Shown piece after piece: positions 27,278-36,467 of a stretch of 64,000 nt of DNA. Where the stretch lies: assembly GCA_028867755.1 (NCBI GenBank), contig JAGWFT010000001.1, positions 196,727 to 260,726 of the forward strand. The letters run 5' to 3'. A program made the translations under genes and the position numbers. Below the pieces are notes generated by a model. The model saw only the letters and a list, made by a program, of their open reading frames with translations, did no database searches and was not told the origin of the DNA. Every line of letters starts with the position of its first letter. Position 1 is the first letter of the stretch. The stretch comes from Nitrososphaerota archaeon (GTDB lineage Archaea > Thermoproteota > Nitrososphaeria > Nitrososphaerales > Nitrosopumilaceae).

Positions 27278-28016
27278 GCTTGGAAGGGAACCGTATTCTC
27301 TTGTTTTAGGATACCCAAAAGCTACAAAAAAAGAACTTGGAAAAAGAATTGCAGAGCTTAAAAAACTTGGAATCAAGAGCATATCATTTGAGGGTCCTAC
27401 CATTCTAAATAATATCCCTGTCTTGGGCAAGGGCTACGTCGGTGTTGTGGTAATTGCCAAACAAGGCAAAAAAAAGGTAGCCCTGAAAATACGTCGGGTA
27501 GATTCAAGCAGAGAAGAGATGCAAAGCGAAGCAAGATTTCTAAAGATGGCAAACAAAGTAAGTGTAGGTCCAAGGGTAATAGATAGCAGTAAAAATTTCA
27601 TAGTAATGGAATATGTGGAAGGAAAAAAGATAATTGATTGGGTAAAGGAGCTAAAGGGTAAGGGCAGTGCTGCAAAACTCAAAACTACAATACGCAAAGT
27701 ATTGACGGATTGTCATAATTTAGACATGGCTCATCTTGATCATGGTGAGCTCAGTTACCTGCACAAGCATGTCATTGTAGGAAGATCTCCATGCATAATC
27801 GATTTTGAAAGTGCAAGTGTAAACAGAAGAACATCCAATGTAACTTCTGCAACTCAAGGCATCTTCATTGGATCGGGGCTTTCAAACATTGTTAAAAAAA
27901 TCATAAAAGTTCCGAGCACAAAGCGCATGATTGAATCTTTAAAAAAATACAAACATGTCCAGTCACGTGAAAACTTTGATGAAGTGCTAAGAGTATTGGG
28001 GTTGCATAAGGTTTGA
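27249..28016 (+). CDS. RIO-like Ser/Thr protein kinase
   Basis: LGKGYVGVV, VALKIRR, HGELS, IIDFESAS. Confidence 0.85.
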   Translation: MDSSLVPTSKLGREPYSLVLGYPKATKKELGKRIAELKKLGIKSISFEGPTILNNIPVLGKGYVGVVVIAKQGKKKVALKIRRVDSSREEMQSEARFLKMANKVSVGPRVIDSSKNFIVMEYVEGKKIIDWVKELKGKGSAAKLKTTIRKVLTDCHNLDMAHLDHGELSYLHKHVIVGRSPCIIDFESASVNRRTSNVTSATQGIFIGSGLSNIVKKIIKVPSTKRMIESLKKYKHVQSRENFDEVLRVLGLHKV

Positions 28017-29371
28017 GTTTGCAAAATATCAAAATAAATGCTCTGAAGGTTTCTTTGGGAATAATACTGTCTGCATTTGCAGTAGAGATCTTAGTTGGAA
28101 TTTTCTCAAACAGTCTAGCATTGGTTACCGATAGCATTCATGCAGTGCTTGATTTTGTTGTTACTGCAATACTGCTTGTGGCAGCAAGGTGGGCTACAAA
28201 ACCGCCTGACAGGGAACACACGTATGGTCACGGTAAGATAGAGACCATGGGAAGTTTCGTTGGCGGTATAATCATACTCATCATAGCTTGTTTTTTCATC
28301 TTTGAGTCAATCTCTAGATTACAAGAGCCTCGTCCTGCAGTATTGCCTGGTATGCTTGCAATAGGTGCAGCAGTCTATACACTATTTTCAGATGTTGCAA
28401 GAATTGTTATTTTGGGAAATGCACTGAAGAAAACAGAAGGACAGGCACTAAGAGTTGATTTTTACCATGCCTTTATGGATATGGGTTCTACTTCTGTTGC
28501 CCTTGTAGGTATAGTGCTTGTCATTATGGGGTTCTACCAAGGAGACTTTGTTGCTGCATTGATACTTGGGGGCTTGCTTGCAGTATTGAGCCTAAAGCTC
28601 ATCTACAAAAATGCAATGGAGCTTACCGATGCTGTACCTGAGAGCATGGTAAGGACTGTTCATGATATAGTAAGTGGTACTGAGGGTGTTATGAAAACAG
28701 AGTCTGTGCAGATACGACGATCTGGTAGTGACATTTTTGCAGAAGTTAGAATATCTCTCAAAGGTACCTCAAGTTTCGAGGAAGCCCATAAGATAAGTGC
28801 AAACGTGGAGAAAAACATCATGAACAATATTACAAACAGTAAGGTCACTGTACATTTTGAACCCACTTGGAGTGACGTGCCAATTGATTATGTTGTAAAT
28901 AATGTAGCCTCCTCGGTACAAGGAGTGGCAGGGATTCACAACATAAGCTACTCCACCACAAAAGATGGAGTCTTTCTCAGTTTGCATGTTTTGGTAGATC
29001 GAAACATGTCACTTGAGGATGCCCACAAGGTGTCAGATGAGATAGAAGTTCAGATAAGAAAATCAGTTGAAAATATAAATCACATTACAATCCACCTTGA
29101 GCCATATGTATCAATTCCAAAAAGCATTCCTGTCGAGGACCTAACAATAGAGGAACAAGTTGCAAATATTATCAAGAAATATTCAAGTGTTAAAAAAATT
29201 GGACGTGTCATTACGTTCCAGCTTCAGGATATTTTCAAGGTAGATATTGACTGCTCCTTTGATGGCAAACTTACAATAGAACAAGTGCATGATATCATCT
29301 CTGAAATAGAGTATAAGATAAAGAATCAAATTAAAAATGCCATAGTGACTATACATCCTGAACCAAACTGA
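28013..29371 (+). CDS. Cation diffusion facilitator with extended C-terminal dimerisation domains
   Basis: SLALVTDSIHA, HTYGHGKIE, HAFMD; repeated ..AH..V.VHxEP units. Confidence 0.9.
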   Translation: MSLQNIKINALKVSLGIILSAFAVEILVGIFSNSLALVTDSIHAVLDFVVTAILLVAARWATKPPDREHTYGHGKIETMGSFVGGIIILIIACFFIFESISRLQEPRPAVLPGMLAIGAAVYTLFSDVARIVILGNALKKTEGQALRVDFYHAFMDMGSTSVALVGIVLVIMGFYQGDFVAALILGGLLAVLSLKLIYKNAMELTDAVPESMVRTVHDIVSGTEGVMKTESVQIRRSGSDIFAEVRISLKGTSSFEEAHKISANVEKNIMNNITNSKVTVHFEPTWSDVPIDYVVNNVASSVQGVAGIHNISYSTTKDGVFLSLHVLVDRNMSLEDAHKVSDEIEVQIRKSVENINHITIHLEPYVSIPKSIPVEDLTIEEQVANIIKKYSSVKKIGRVITFQLQDIFKVDIDCSFDGKLTIEQVHDIISEIEYKIKNQIKNAIVTIHPEPN

Positions 29372-29372
29372 T

Positions 29373-29978
29373 ATGACACTACATGAAGGTGTGAGGTTTC
29401 TCAGAAAAGACCCCATATTAGGAAAAATCATTGATTCCGTGGGCGATTACTCACTGAAGAAACGAAATCACCACTTTGCAGTCTTGGTTGAATCCATAAT
29501 ATCACAGCAACTTGCAACAAGGGCTGCTGAGGTAATCTTTTCTAGGTTCAAGAACATCTATCCAAAGTTTCCAACTGCACATGAGATTCTTGCTACAAGA
29601 AAATCAAAACTTCGTTCAGCAGGACTTTCAGGTATGAAAATAGAATATCTCAAGGACTTGGCAAGAAAGATTGACCAAGGCCAGATCAAGATGAAGACAC
29701 TGTCAAAGATGAGCGATGAGGAAGTAATTTCACATTTAACACAGGTAAAAGGAATTGGTAGGTGGACTGCTGAGATGTTTCTCATATTTTCATTAGGAAG
29801 ACAAGATGTTCTGCCTGTTCACGATCTTGGATTGCGAAAAGGTGTACAGATGGCATTTTCACTCCCAGAACTCCCAAAACCAAGCGAGGTAGAAGAACTT
29901 GGAGATGGGTGGAAACCATACAGAAGTGTGGCTACGTGGTATCTCTGGAAAAGCCTGCAAAAATTTGACGGGATATAA
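29373..29978 (+). CDS. alkA: DNA-3-methyladenine glycosylase (HhH-GPD)
   Basis: IISQQL, VKGIGRWTAEMFLIFSLGR, WKPYRSVATWYLW. Confidence 0.85.
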   Translation: MTLHEGVRFLRKDPILGKIIDSVGDYSLKKRNHHFAVLVESIISQQLATRAAEVIFSRFKNIYPKFPTAHEILATRKSKLRSAGLSGMKIEYLKDLARKIDQGQIKMKTLSKMSDEEVISHLTQVKGIGRWTAEMFLIFSLGRQDVLPVHDLGLRKGVQMAFSLPELPKPSEVEELGDGWKPYRSVATWYLWKSLQKFDGI

Positions 29979-29997
29979 TGAGATCTTATTAGGAAGA

Positions 29998-30290
29998 ATG
30001 ACCAATACTAAGCCACGACGCCGATAAATCCTGATACAGAAGAGGCCATACAACAAAGAACAAAATTCTACAACAGTGATAGTGTAGATAATTTTATCAA
30101 AAAACACGGCGTGCCAAAGACTCGACAGTCATTGCGAAACTTGGTGGAATTAGAAATGGGCAAAAAAGATAGCGGTGAGATAAATAACGCAGTAGAATTG
30201 TTAGGACATGTCTATTTCCAAGTGCATTCACAGCAGATAAACATCCGGGACAGATCCAATGGAAAGTTGATTGTTTCCATTAGAAAATAA
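29998..30290 (+). pseudogene. Frameshifted or non-canonically initiated ~92-codon ORF
   Basis: Stop-free frame 30012-30290 with protein-like sequence; upstream ATG 29998 is one base out of frame. Confidence 0.4.
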
Positions 30291-30355
30291 ATCAAGACCT
30301 ATTACAATGAATTAAGTATTGCCAGTCTAGCAAGATTTTATCAAACTGAAAAAAT

Positions 30356-32053
30356 ATGACAACAGTTCTAGAACATTTCCCAGAAGAATTTGAACCAAGA
30401 CAGATACAGAAGGATATACTATATGGAATAGAGCAGCAGCTCAATTCCGGCTACAAGATTGTAGTTCTTTCTGCACCTACTGGAGTTGGCAAGTCCCTAA
30501 TTGCTGCCACGCTTGCACGATATTATGGTAAGTCATTTGTAATTACTGCCTCAAAACAACTTCAGGACCAGTACTCAAAAGATCTCAAATTTCTCAATCC
30601 TGTCAAGGGAAAATCCAATTTTGCCTGCCTTAAGCTGATGGAGCATCAAGGAATAGAAAGATCAGATCTCAAACAAGCTATACAGAAAGGACTGACATGT
30701 GAGAAGGGATTATGCGAAGAGACGGTCAAGATAAAAGGAAAAGAGGTAAAGGAAAGTTGCAAATTCAAACCTAAAATTGGCGAATTGCAACCAAATTCCA
30801 AAAATCCCCAGTGTTTTTATTACGAACAAAAATATCTCGCCCTCCTTTCTGACCATTCCATCTGGAATTATGCAGCATATTTCCAGCTGATGAGATTTGG
30901 CCGCAAAGCATATGCAGATTATATCAAAAAACCGATTGCGATCTTTGACGAGGCCCACAAAATAGAAGATCAGATAATCCAGTTCATAGGTGTAGACATC
31001 TACAGTGGACACATAACAGAATGTGGGATTGATGTCAAGAGCTATTCCCTTGATGAACCAAAACTTGTCTTGGAACTGCTCGATGATCTTGCAAAATCAT
31101 ATTCACAGCAAATCAAGAATCTTCAAGAGAGTAAAAAATTTCAGCAAAATCCAGACTACATGCAACTTGCAAGACTCGAATCGCGATACGAAAAGATGGC
31201 AAATGCTCATGTTGAACTAGAATTAAACAAGGAAAACTTTGTCCTAAATGATCCTTACTTCGATGAGCGAGGCAACTTTAGATCGCTTTCAATAAAGCCA
31301 CTTGATATTTCAAAATATGTCAAGGCGTTCTTTGACATTGATATACAGATCTTCATGTCGGCTACCATAGACAAGGCAAGTTTTTGTGAAAATACTAGTC
31401 TTGATCCTTCCACAGTTGCGTTTGTTGACACTCCAAAATCACCTTTCTTGCCTGATAAAAGACGAATCAATTTTCTAAATGTAAGAAAGCTCAACTATTC
31501 ATCAAGCAGAGATGATGAGCTTGCAGTGATATCCAAGATTGATGACATACTAACACAACATGCAGATGAGAGAGGTCTCATACTTAGCTCCTCTGAGAAG
31601 AAATGCGTGGACATACGAGATCATCTCTCGGAGAAAAACAAGTGCAGAATCAGAATTTGTCATAGTAGAAATGAAAATGGCATGACCCAAGATGAGGTAA
31701 TTCAAGAACATGCCATGGATGAAAATGGTGTGCTGTTGTCATCTTCATTGTGGGAGGGGGTTGATTTGAAAGATGATCTTTCCAGATTCCAGATAATAGC
31801 AAAAGTACCATATCCAAACTTGAGTGAGAAAAGAACTAAAATTAAGATGCAAAAGTTTCCCTTGTGGTACAAATCCCAAACACTGGTGAAGTTACTACAG
31901 GGGTTTGGAAGGTCAATTAGAAGCGAGCAAGACTGGGCTGTGACATATGTGCTTGATACTGCAGCAGATGACTTGTTGCTTCAATGCAAATCAATGGTGC
32001 CAAAATCATACTATGATGTCTTGGGATTCAAGAGCTATCCAGGATCCAGTTGA
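30356..32053 (+). CDS. XPD/Rad3/DinG-family ATP-dependent DNA helicase
   Basis: APTGVGKS, Cys-rich FeS-type region, DEAH, SAT, WEGVD, QGFGRSIR. Confidence 0.9.
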   Translation: MTTVLEHFPEEFEPRQIQKDILYGIEQQLNSGYKIVVLSAPTGVGKSLIAATLARYYGKSFVITASKQLQDQYSKDLKFLNPVKGKSNFACLKLMEHQGIERSDLKQAIQKGLTCEKGLCEETVKIKGKEVKESCKFKPKIGELQPNSKNPQCFYYEQKYLALLSDHSIWNYAAYFQLMRFGRKAYADYIKKPIAIFDEAHKIEDQIIQFIGVDIYSGHITECGIDVKSYSLDEPKLVLELLDDLAKSYSQQIKNLQESKKFQQNPDYMQLARLESRYEKMANAHVELELNKENFVLNDPYFDERGNFRSLSIKPLDISKYVKAFFDIDIQIFMSATIDKASFCENTSLDPSTVAFVDTPKSPFLPDKRRINFLNVRKLNYSSSRDDELAVISKIDDILTQHADERGLILSSSEKKCVDIRDHLSEKNKCRIRICHSRNENGMTQDEVIQEHAMDENGVLLSSSLWEGVDLKDDLSRFQIIAKVPYPNLSEKRTKIKMQKFPLWYKSQTLVKLLQGFGRSIRSEQDWAVTYVLDTAADDLLLQCKSMVPKSYYDVLGFKSYPGSS

Positions 32054-32084
32054 GATATAGTCTTTTTTCTAAAATAGATAAAAT

Positions 32085-32390
32085 CTAATGTGCTATCTCT
32101 TGGATAGGATTTTCAAGTTCTGCCAGTGTGAATACAAACCTAGAGCCCTCAAATTCTGTTGTACCCTCTCGTTCCCAATTTACTTGGTAGGTCTTTGTCA
32201 CATGCCCCCCAATAATTGAAATTGTCTTTGGTACTGCCTCATACAGTTTTTCCACCTTATCTTTATCTCGTGTCATCAGCAGAGATCTACGCCTTTTCAT
32301 GAGATACTTGATGGCTACATTTTTGTGCTGATGGCCCTCAACTTCTATCTTCTCACTGCCAAGATCTATGGTGAATTTTCTTTTTCCCAT
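32085..32390 (-). CDS. Conserved thaumarchaeal hypothetical protein
   Basis: 101-aa basic ORF (HKNVAIKYLMKRRRSLLMT). Confidence 0.7.
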   Translation of the reverse strand: MGKRKFTIDLGSEKIEVEGHQHKNVAIKYLMKRRRSLLMTRDKDKVEKLYEAVPKTISIIGGHVTKTYQVNWEREGTTEFEGSRFVFTLAELENPIQEIAH

Positions 32391-32487
32391 GCTATCTAGG
32401 TGAGAATTTTCTACAAAAATCGGATTGACAAATCACATCTATCATCTGCATTGAAAATTATGACAAAACTTCATGAGATAGAATGGA

Positions 32488-32534
32488 GCCGGGGGACTAG
32501 GATACCATCTTGGTCATATTTCTGGGCCCACTTT
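32488..32534 (-). repeat. 47-bp dispersed repeat, copy 2
   Basis: See copy 1 at 18306-18352. Confidence 0.75.
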
Positions 32535-32683
32535 GTTCTAAAATTGAAAATATGCAGTAAGCTAATCTGAGTAACTACAAAACTCCTTCCTTAATTTTTA
32601 AAATCTAATCCATCTAAAGTAGATACGGTTTTTCTTTTATATTCAGAATATGGGATAAGCCTGTTTTATCTTGAGGCATATAG

Positions 32684-33016
32684 CTAGACATACCATATCG
32701 ATGATTCTAGGTGTGCCGTGTTACCTGAGACAATTACTCTCTTTCCAGCTGCTGTTGCCTTGTGTTTTTGTTCTTTTCCATCTTCGTCGATTATGGTAAG
32801 TTCACCAATTCCCTTACTCGTGTACGTAACACAGCCCTCCTTCGGCTCAGATCTTTCCCAGAGATCTACCTCAAATCCGATTTTCTTGAACGTTGTCAGT
32901 CGATGGCCACATTTTTTGGATGTCACAATACCTTTATCGGATTCTTCGCCCATTGTCTTCATTCTTTGAATTTCCTTGTGATGAATATATGTTTTCTTGA
33001 TTCCGCCCCGAGCCAA
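32684..33016 (-). CDS. Hypothetical beta-rich protein
   Basis: Open frame downstream of tRNA-Pro; start may be the internal MKTMG. Confidence 0.55.
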   Translation of the reverse strand: MARGGIKKTYIHHKEIQRMKTMGEESDKGIVTSKKCGHRLTTFKKIGFEVDLWERSEPKEGCVTYTSKGIGELTIIDEDGKEQKHKATAAGKRVIVSGNTAHLESSIWYV

Positions 33017-33183
33017 GAAAGTTTAATGAATGTTAAAACACAAACAGGTTATTGATGATGTGAATCTGGTAAGACTCGGACTCTCATAGGTTTGAGTCCT
33101 ATAAGGTCCAGTTATCATTGTGATACAATTTTAGTTCCAAAAAGGTCAAATTAACCTCCGCTGTCTTTACCCATGAGACAGAC

Positions 33184-33260
33184 TGGCGGGACCGGCCGGA
33201 CTTGAACCGGCGACCTCTAGCACCCCAGGCTAGCATCATACCAAGCTAGACTACGGTCCC
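33184..33260 (-). tRNA. tRNA-Pro(GGG), no intron, CCA genomically encoded
   Basis: GGGACCG/CGGTCCC acceptor, CTAGC-CTGGGGT-GCTAG anticodon arm, GCCGG-TTCAAGT-CCGGC T arm, 3' GCCA. Confidence 0.95.
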
Positions 33261-33331
33261 TCAAGTTGCAGGGAATTGTTGAAATTATTAAATGGTAGGA
33301 TTAACTTTTGCGCAAAAATTTGGCTTAGATT

Positions 33332-34474
33332 CTATAACCACTTTTCCAGTCGTTCTTTTTCAAACTTTTCCTTTTCTGAAAAATAATCAGATGATGGTGC
33401 TTTTAGCTCAGTTATTGGAGTAGGGCTTGAATACATGTCTACTCGGATGTACCCAGCTATCTTCTTTCCTGTTTCCAAGAAACACCCACCCTGTCCGTCA
33501 AAAACAGAGCCTTCCTGTTCTTTCTTAATTTTGGATATGATGTTTCTTGCAACAGTTATTCCTTGTCCTTCTGCAAATATTCCTGCCTTTGGTACTGCTA
33601 TCTTGTCTGTTACCATTATCTGATTTACATCTCCTATTGCAAAGACATTCTCAAATTTTGTCTTGCAGGTTCTGTCCACTTCGATGAACTTGCCTGGCTG
33701 CGCAAGCCCACAATCAACTGCTACAAGAGGCACCTTATGAGGAGGAATTGCGATCAGCAAATCAAAATTTGTCTCTCCAGATTCAAACTTGAGCTTGTTT
33801 GGCTCAACTGATGTAGTCTTGTGGCTTCCATGAAACTCTATGTTCTTTGATTTTAGAATCTGCAAGATTTCCTCACTTACTTGCGGGCCTCCGGCCGGAA
33901 GTGTGATTTGAGTAGGGCTGTAAAAATCCATTTGAATTGAACTACTAGCGCCAGTCTCTTCAAGAACTGACCTTATCAAGAGGGCTGCTTCATATGGTGC
34001 AGGAGGACACTTGTATGGCAAGCCTGTAATTGCAATAGCTATCTTGCCTAATTTCATCTGGCTTATCTTATCTCGAATTTTTGAAACGTCATTGAGATCA
34101 TACAATATCAGACTGTTTTCCCTCAGTCCTGGAATCTGTTCTGGTGCAAGCTCAACGCCCAACGCAATTATTAGATAATCATAGTGCAGCCTGCGATAGT
34201 TTGTTCTTACAATTTTGTTTTCAAGGTCTATCTTAGTTGCCTCTTCATTGATGAATTCAATTCCCTTTTTTGTAACAGCTTCGAGTTGTCTCTTTGAGGT
34301 TTCAAACTGTCTTGCACCGGTCAAGATCCAAAGCTTGACTAGGTCCATCATGAACCAGTCTTTTTTGTCAACTATGGTGATTCTAGCATCTTGAGGTAAT
34401 GCAGCACGTAGCTCGTTGGCAGCAGCAAGCCCTCCAAATCCCCCACCCAAAATTACGATGTTCGTTGGTCTAAT
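33332..34474 (-). CDS. FAD-dependent oxidoreductase, sulfide:quinone oxidoreductase-like
   Basis: NIVILGGGFGG, KCPPAPYE, VFAIGD, PKAGIFAEGQG, GCFLETG; Rossmann strand starts upstream of the ORF-track TTG (ATT at 34474). Confidence 0.8.
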   Translation of the reverse strand: MRPTNIVILGGGFGGLAAANELRAALPQDARITIVDKKDWFMMDLVKLWILTGARQFETSKRQLEAVTKKGIEFINEEATKIDLENKIVRTNYRRLHYDYLIIALGVELAPEQIPGLRENSLILYDLNDVSKIRDKISQMKLGKIAIAITGLPYKCPPAPYEAALLIRSVLEETGASSSIQMDFYSPTQITLPAGGPQVSEEILQILKSKNIEFHGSHKTTSVEPNKLKFESGETNFDLLIAIPPHKVPLVAVDCGLAQPGKFIEVDRTCKTKFENVFAIGDVNQIMVTDKIAVPKAGIFAEGQGITVARNIISKIKKEQEGSVFDGQGGCFLETGKKIAGYIRVDMYSSPTPITELKAPSSDYFSEKEKFEKERLEKWL

Positions 34475-34490
34475 GCAAGAACACCATTCA

Positions 34491-35246
34491 CTATCTTTCT
34501 TGGGTTGTTGGCCTTATGGTTATCTCGTTTACGTTCATGTGAGGTGGTGATTCTATGGCAAACAGAATAGAATTTGCAATGTCTTCTGACTTGAGAGCTT
34601 GCATAGTCTTTGCAGATTTTACAAATGCTTCAAGTGATTTATCAGTAATAGTATTTGTAAGCTCTGTATCAACAACACCTGGCTCTATTGTTGTAACCCG
34701 AATGTTATTTCGTGCAGAAAGCTCTTGTCTCAGGCCTTCACTAAATGCTCTAACTGCGTATTTTGTTGCACAATATACACTTCCTGCAGGAAAGACTACT
34801 CTTCCTGCAATTGATGAAATGTTTACAATGTGGCCAGAATTTTGCTTTAACAAATGAGGAATTGCTGCAGCAGTGCAATATAAGACTCCCTTGATGTTTA
34901 CATCAATCATTCTGTCCCACTCGTCAACTTTGAGGTTTTTGACAAAGCTCAATGGCATAAGACCTGCATTGTTGACAAGAATGTCTACTCTGCCCCATTT
35001 TTTTATTGCAGCATCAATTAGGCTCTCGCAATCACTACGCTTTGTAACATCGCATGATATCGTAATGCATTCGCCTCCAGCTTTTTCAATTTCTTTTTGC
35101 AGTTGTTCTAGTTTGTCCTTTCTTCGCGCGCCAGCAACAACCTTGGCTCCAGCCTTTGCTATTGATAACGCTGTGGCATAACCAATTCCACTGCTCGCAC
35201 CTGTTACTATAGCGACTTGACCTTTTATCGTCATACAGAAAATCAT
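34491..35246 (-). CDS. Short-chain dehydrogenase (YdfG-like)
   Basis: TGASSGIG, NNAGLM, YCATK, NEITIRPT. Confidence 0.9.
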   Translation of the reverse strand: MIFCMTIKGQVAIVTGASSGIGYATALSIAKAGAKVVAGARRKDKLEQLQKEIEKAGGECITISCDVTKRSDCESLIDAAIKKWGRVDILVNNAGLMPLSFVKNLKVDEWDRMIDVNIKGVLYCTAAAIPHLLKQNSGHIVNISSIAGRVVFPAGSVYCATKYAVRAFSEGLRQELSARNNIRVTTIEPGVVDTELTNTITDKSLEAFVKSAKTMQALKSEDIANSILFAIESPPHMNVNEITIRPTTQER

Positions 35247-35353
35247 TTTTCATCAGGTGTACTGCGTAAATAAATTTTGTCAATTAATTCCAATAATTGT
35301 AGAAATTAACTTTGTTTCTTAACACTAATTTAGGATCAAGTGGGATCTAAGCC

Positions 35354-35578
35354 ATGGAGCAATTTGACTGTGCGTATTGCGGAGAAAAACAAGATCTGCC
35401 GTTTCAGTGCAATTACTGCAATGACAAGTTTTGTGCCGAACACAGATTGCCAGAGGACCATAGGTGTGTCAAGCTGCACCAGATAAGAACAAAAAGATTT
35501 GGAGAAAATAAGGTTCAGAGAAGAAAAGGCATTGGGAGACAGGGTTTCATAAAACGTGTATTTGGCAAGTTTGGTTAG
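35354..35578 (+). CDS. AN1-type zinc-finger protein
   Basis: CAYC..LPFQCNYCNDKFCAEHRLPEDHRC. Confidence 0.85.
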   Translation: MEQFDCAYCGEKQDLPFQCNYCNDKFCAEHRLPEDHRCVKLHQIRTKRFGENKVQRRKGIGRQGFIKRVFGKFG

Positions 35579-35847
35579 TAGAGAGCTTTTTGCGGATCAA
35601 GTTTTGATAGTTTTGCCTGATAAAACAGAGCAATTGCCAAAGCTAACAGTACACCTGCAGTAAGCCAATGAGCCACATGCATAACAAGATAGGCAATTCC
35701 AAAACCAATGCACATTAGTGCCTGAGTCATTAGTTTTATCCAGCTTGGTATCTTGGCTGCCCTGCTAATCATTTCTATGATAAACAGGCCTGCAACTGGA
35801 TATAGTATGATTTCAAAATAAACATCAAGGTCTATTCCATTATGCAT
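35575..35847 (-). CDS. Three-TM membrane protein
   Basis: Hydrophobic 90-aa ORF. Confidence 0.65.
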   Translation of the reverse strand: MHNGIDLDVYFEIILYPVAGLFIIEMISRAAKIPSWIKLMTQALMCIGFGIAYLVMHVAHWLTAGVLLALAIALFYQAKLSKLDPQKALY

Positions 35848-35874
35848 GATATCTCACGATGTATTGTCTAATTT

Positions 35875-36432
35875 CTAGTCTTCCCAACTTATCTTTACTG
35901 CTACCTTTTTGGTAATGAGTGCACGCGCATTCTCAAACGGTAAGGTCGCAACATCTTCAGCCTCAAATGGCCCATATGTCTGAAGATCTGTTCCCACAAT
36001 CTGGTCTATGGGTTTGAGAAATCTTACAACAACTGTTCTTGACCTATGATTTTTTGCTACAGTCTCAAGGAGCTTTAATCTTCCATTTAGTGTTGCAGAG
36101 AGAATAGTTTCTTTTCTCTGCCTTAGCTCATCTTCAGAATCAAGAATGAATCTTTCTTCATCAAGTAGATTTGAATAATCAATCTCTTCCAAGCCTGTTG
36201 CCTTTTCAATTCTAATTTTTAGAAGAAGTGATGTCAGGTCAGTTATCATTTTTACAAGCGAGTCTTTGATCTTCGATTCAGCCCCGTCATAGTCCTGATT
36301 TTTTAGATTCCCGAGAAATTCTGCGATATTGTTGTATAATTTTGAATCGAGCTCCTGTACTGAATCATTTTCTACTTCGCGAAGAAGCAAGGCATACAAT
36401 GAATTTGCATCAATTTTTTTTGTTTCTGACAT
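35875..36432 (-). CDS. GINS complex subunit (Gins15/Psf1-like)
   Basis: LLLREVENDSVQEL..RIEK; C-terminal B domain VVVRFLKPI..YGPFEAEDVATLPFENARALI. Confidence 0.8.
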   Translation of the reverse strand: MSETKKIDANSLYALLLREVENDSVQELDSKLYNNIAEFLGNLKNQDYDGAESKIKDSLVKMITDLTSLLLKIRIEKATGLEEIDYSNLLDEERFILDSEDELRQRKETILSATLNGRLKLLETVAKNHRSRTVVVRFLKPIDQIVGTDLQTYGPFEAEDVATLPFENARALITKKVAVKISWED

Positions 36433-36467
36433 TTACACACCCAACAATACTTAAATCATAGACTCCT

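Noticed and set aside
32481-32500. tRNA/tmRNA-like 3' end (gtcccccggctcca) as an attR site
   Set aside because: Does not match the nearby tRNA-Pro 3' end; no T-loop and no integrase
33070-33110. Hairpin ggactc/gagtcc downstream of tRNA-Pro
   Set aside because: Single short stem with no second copy or family link; insufficient evidence of function
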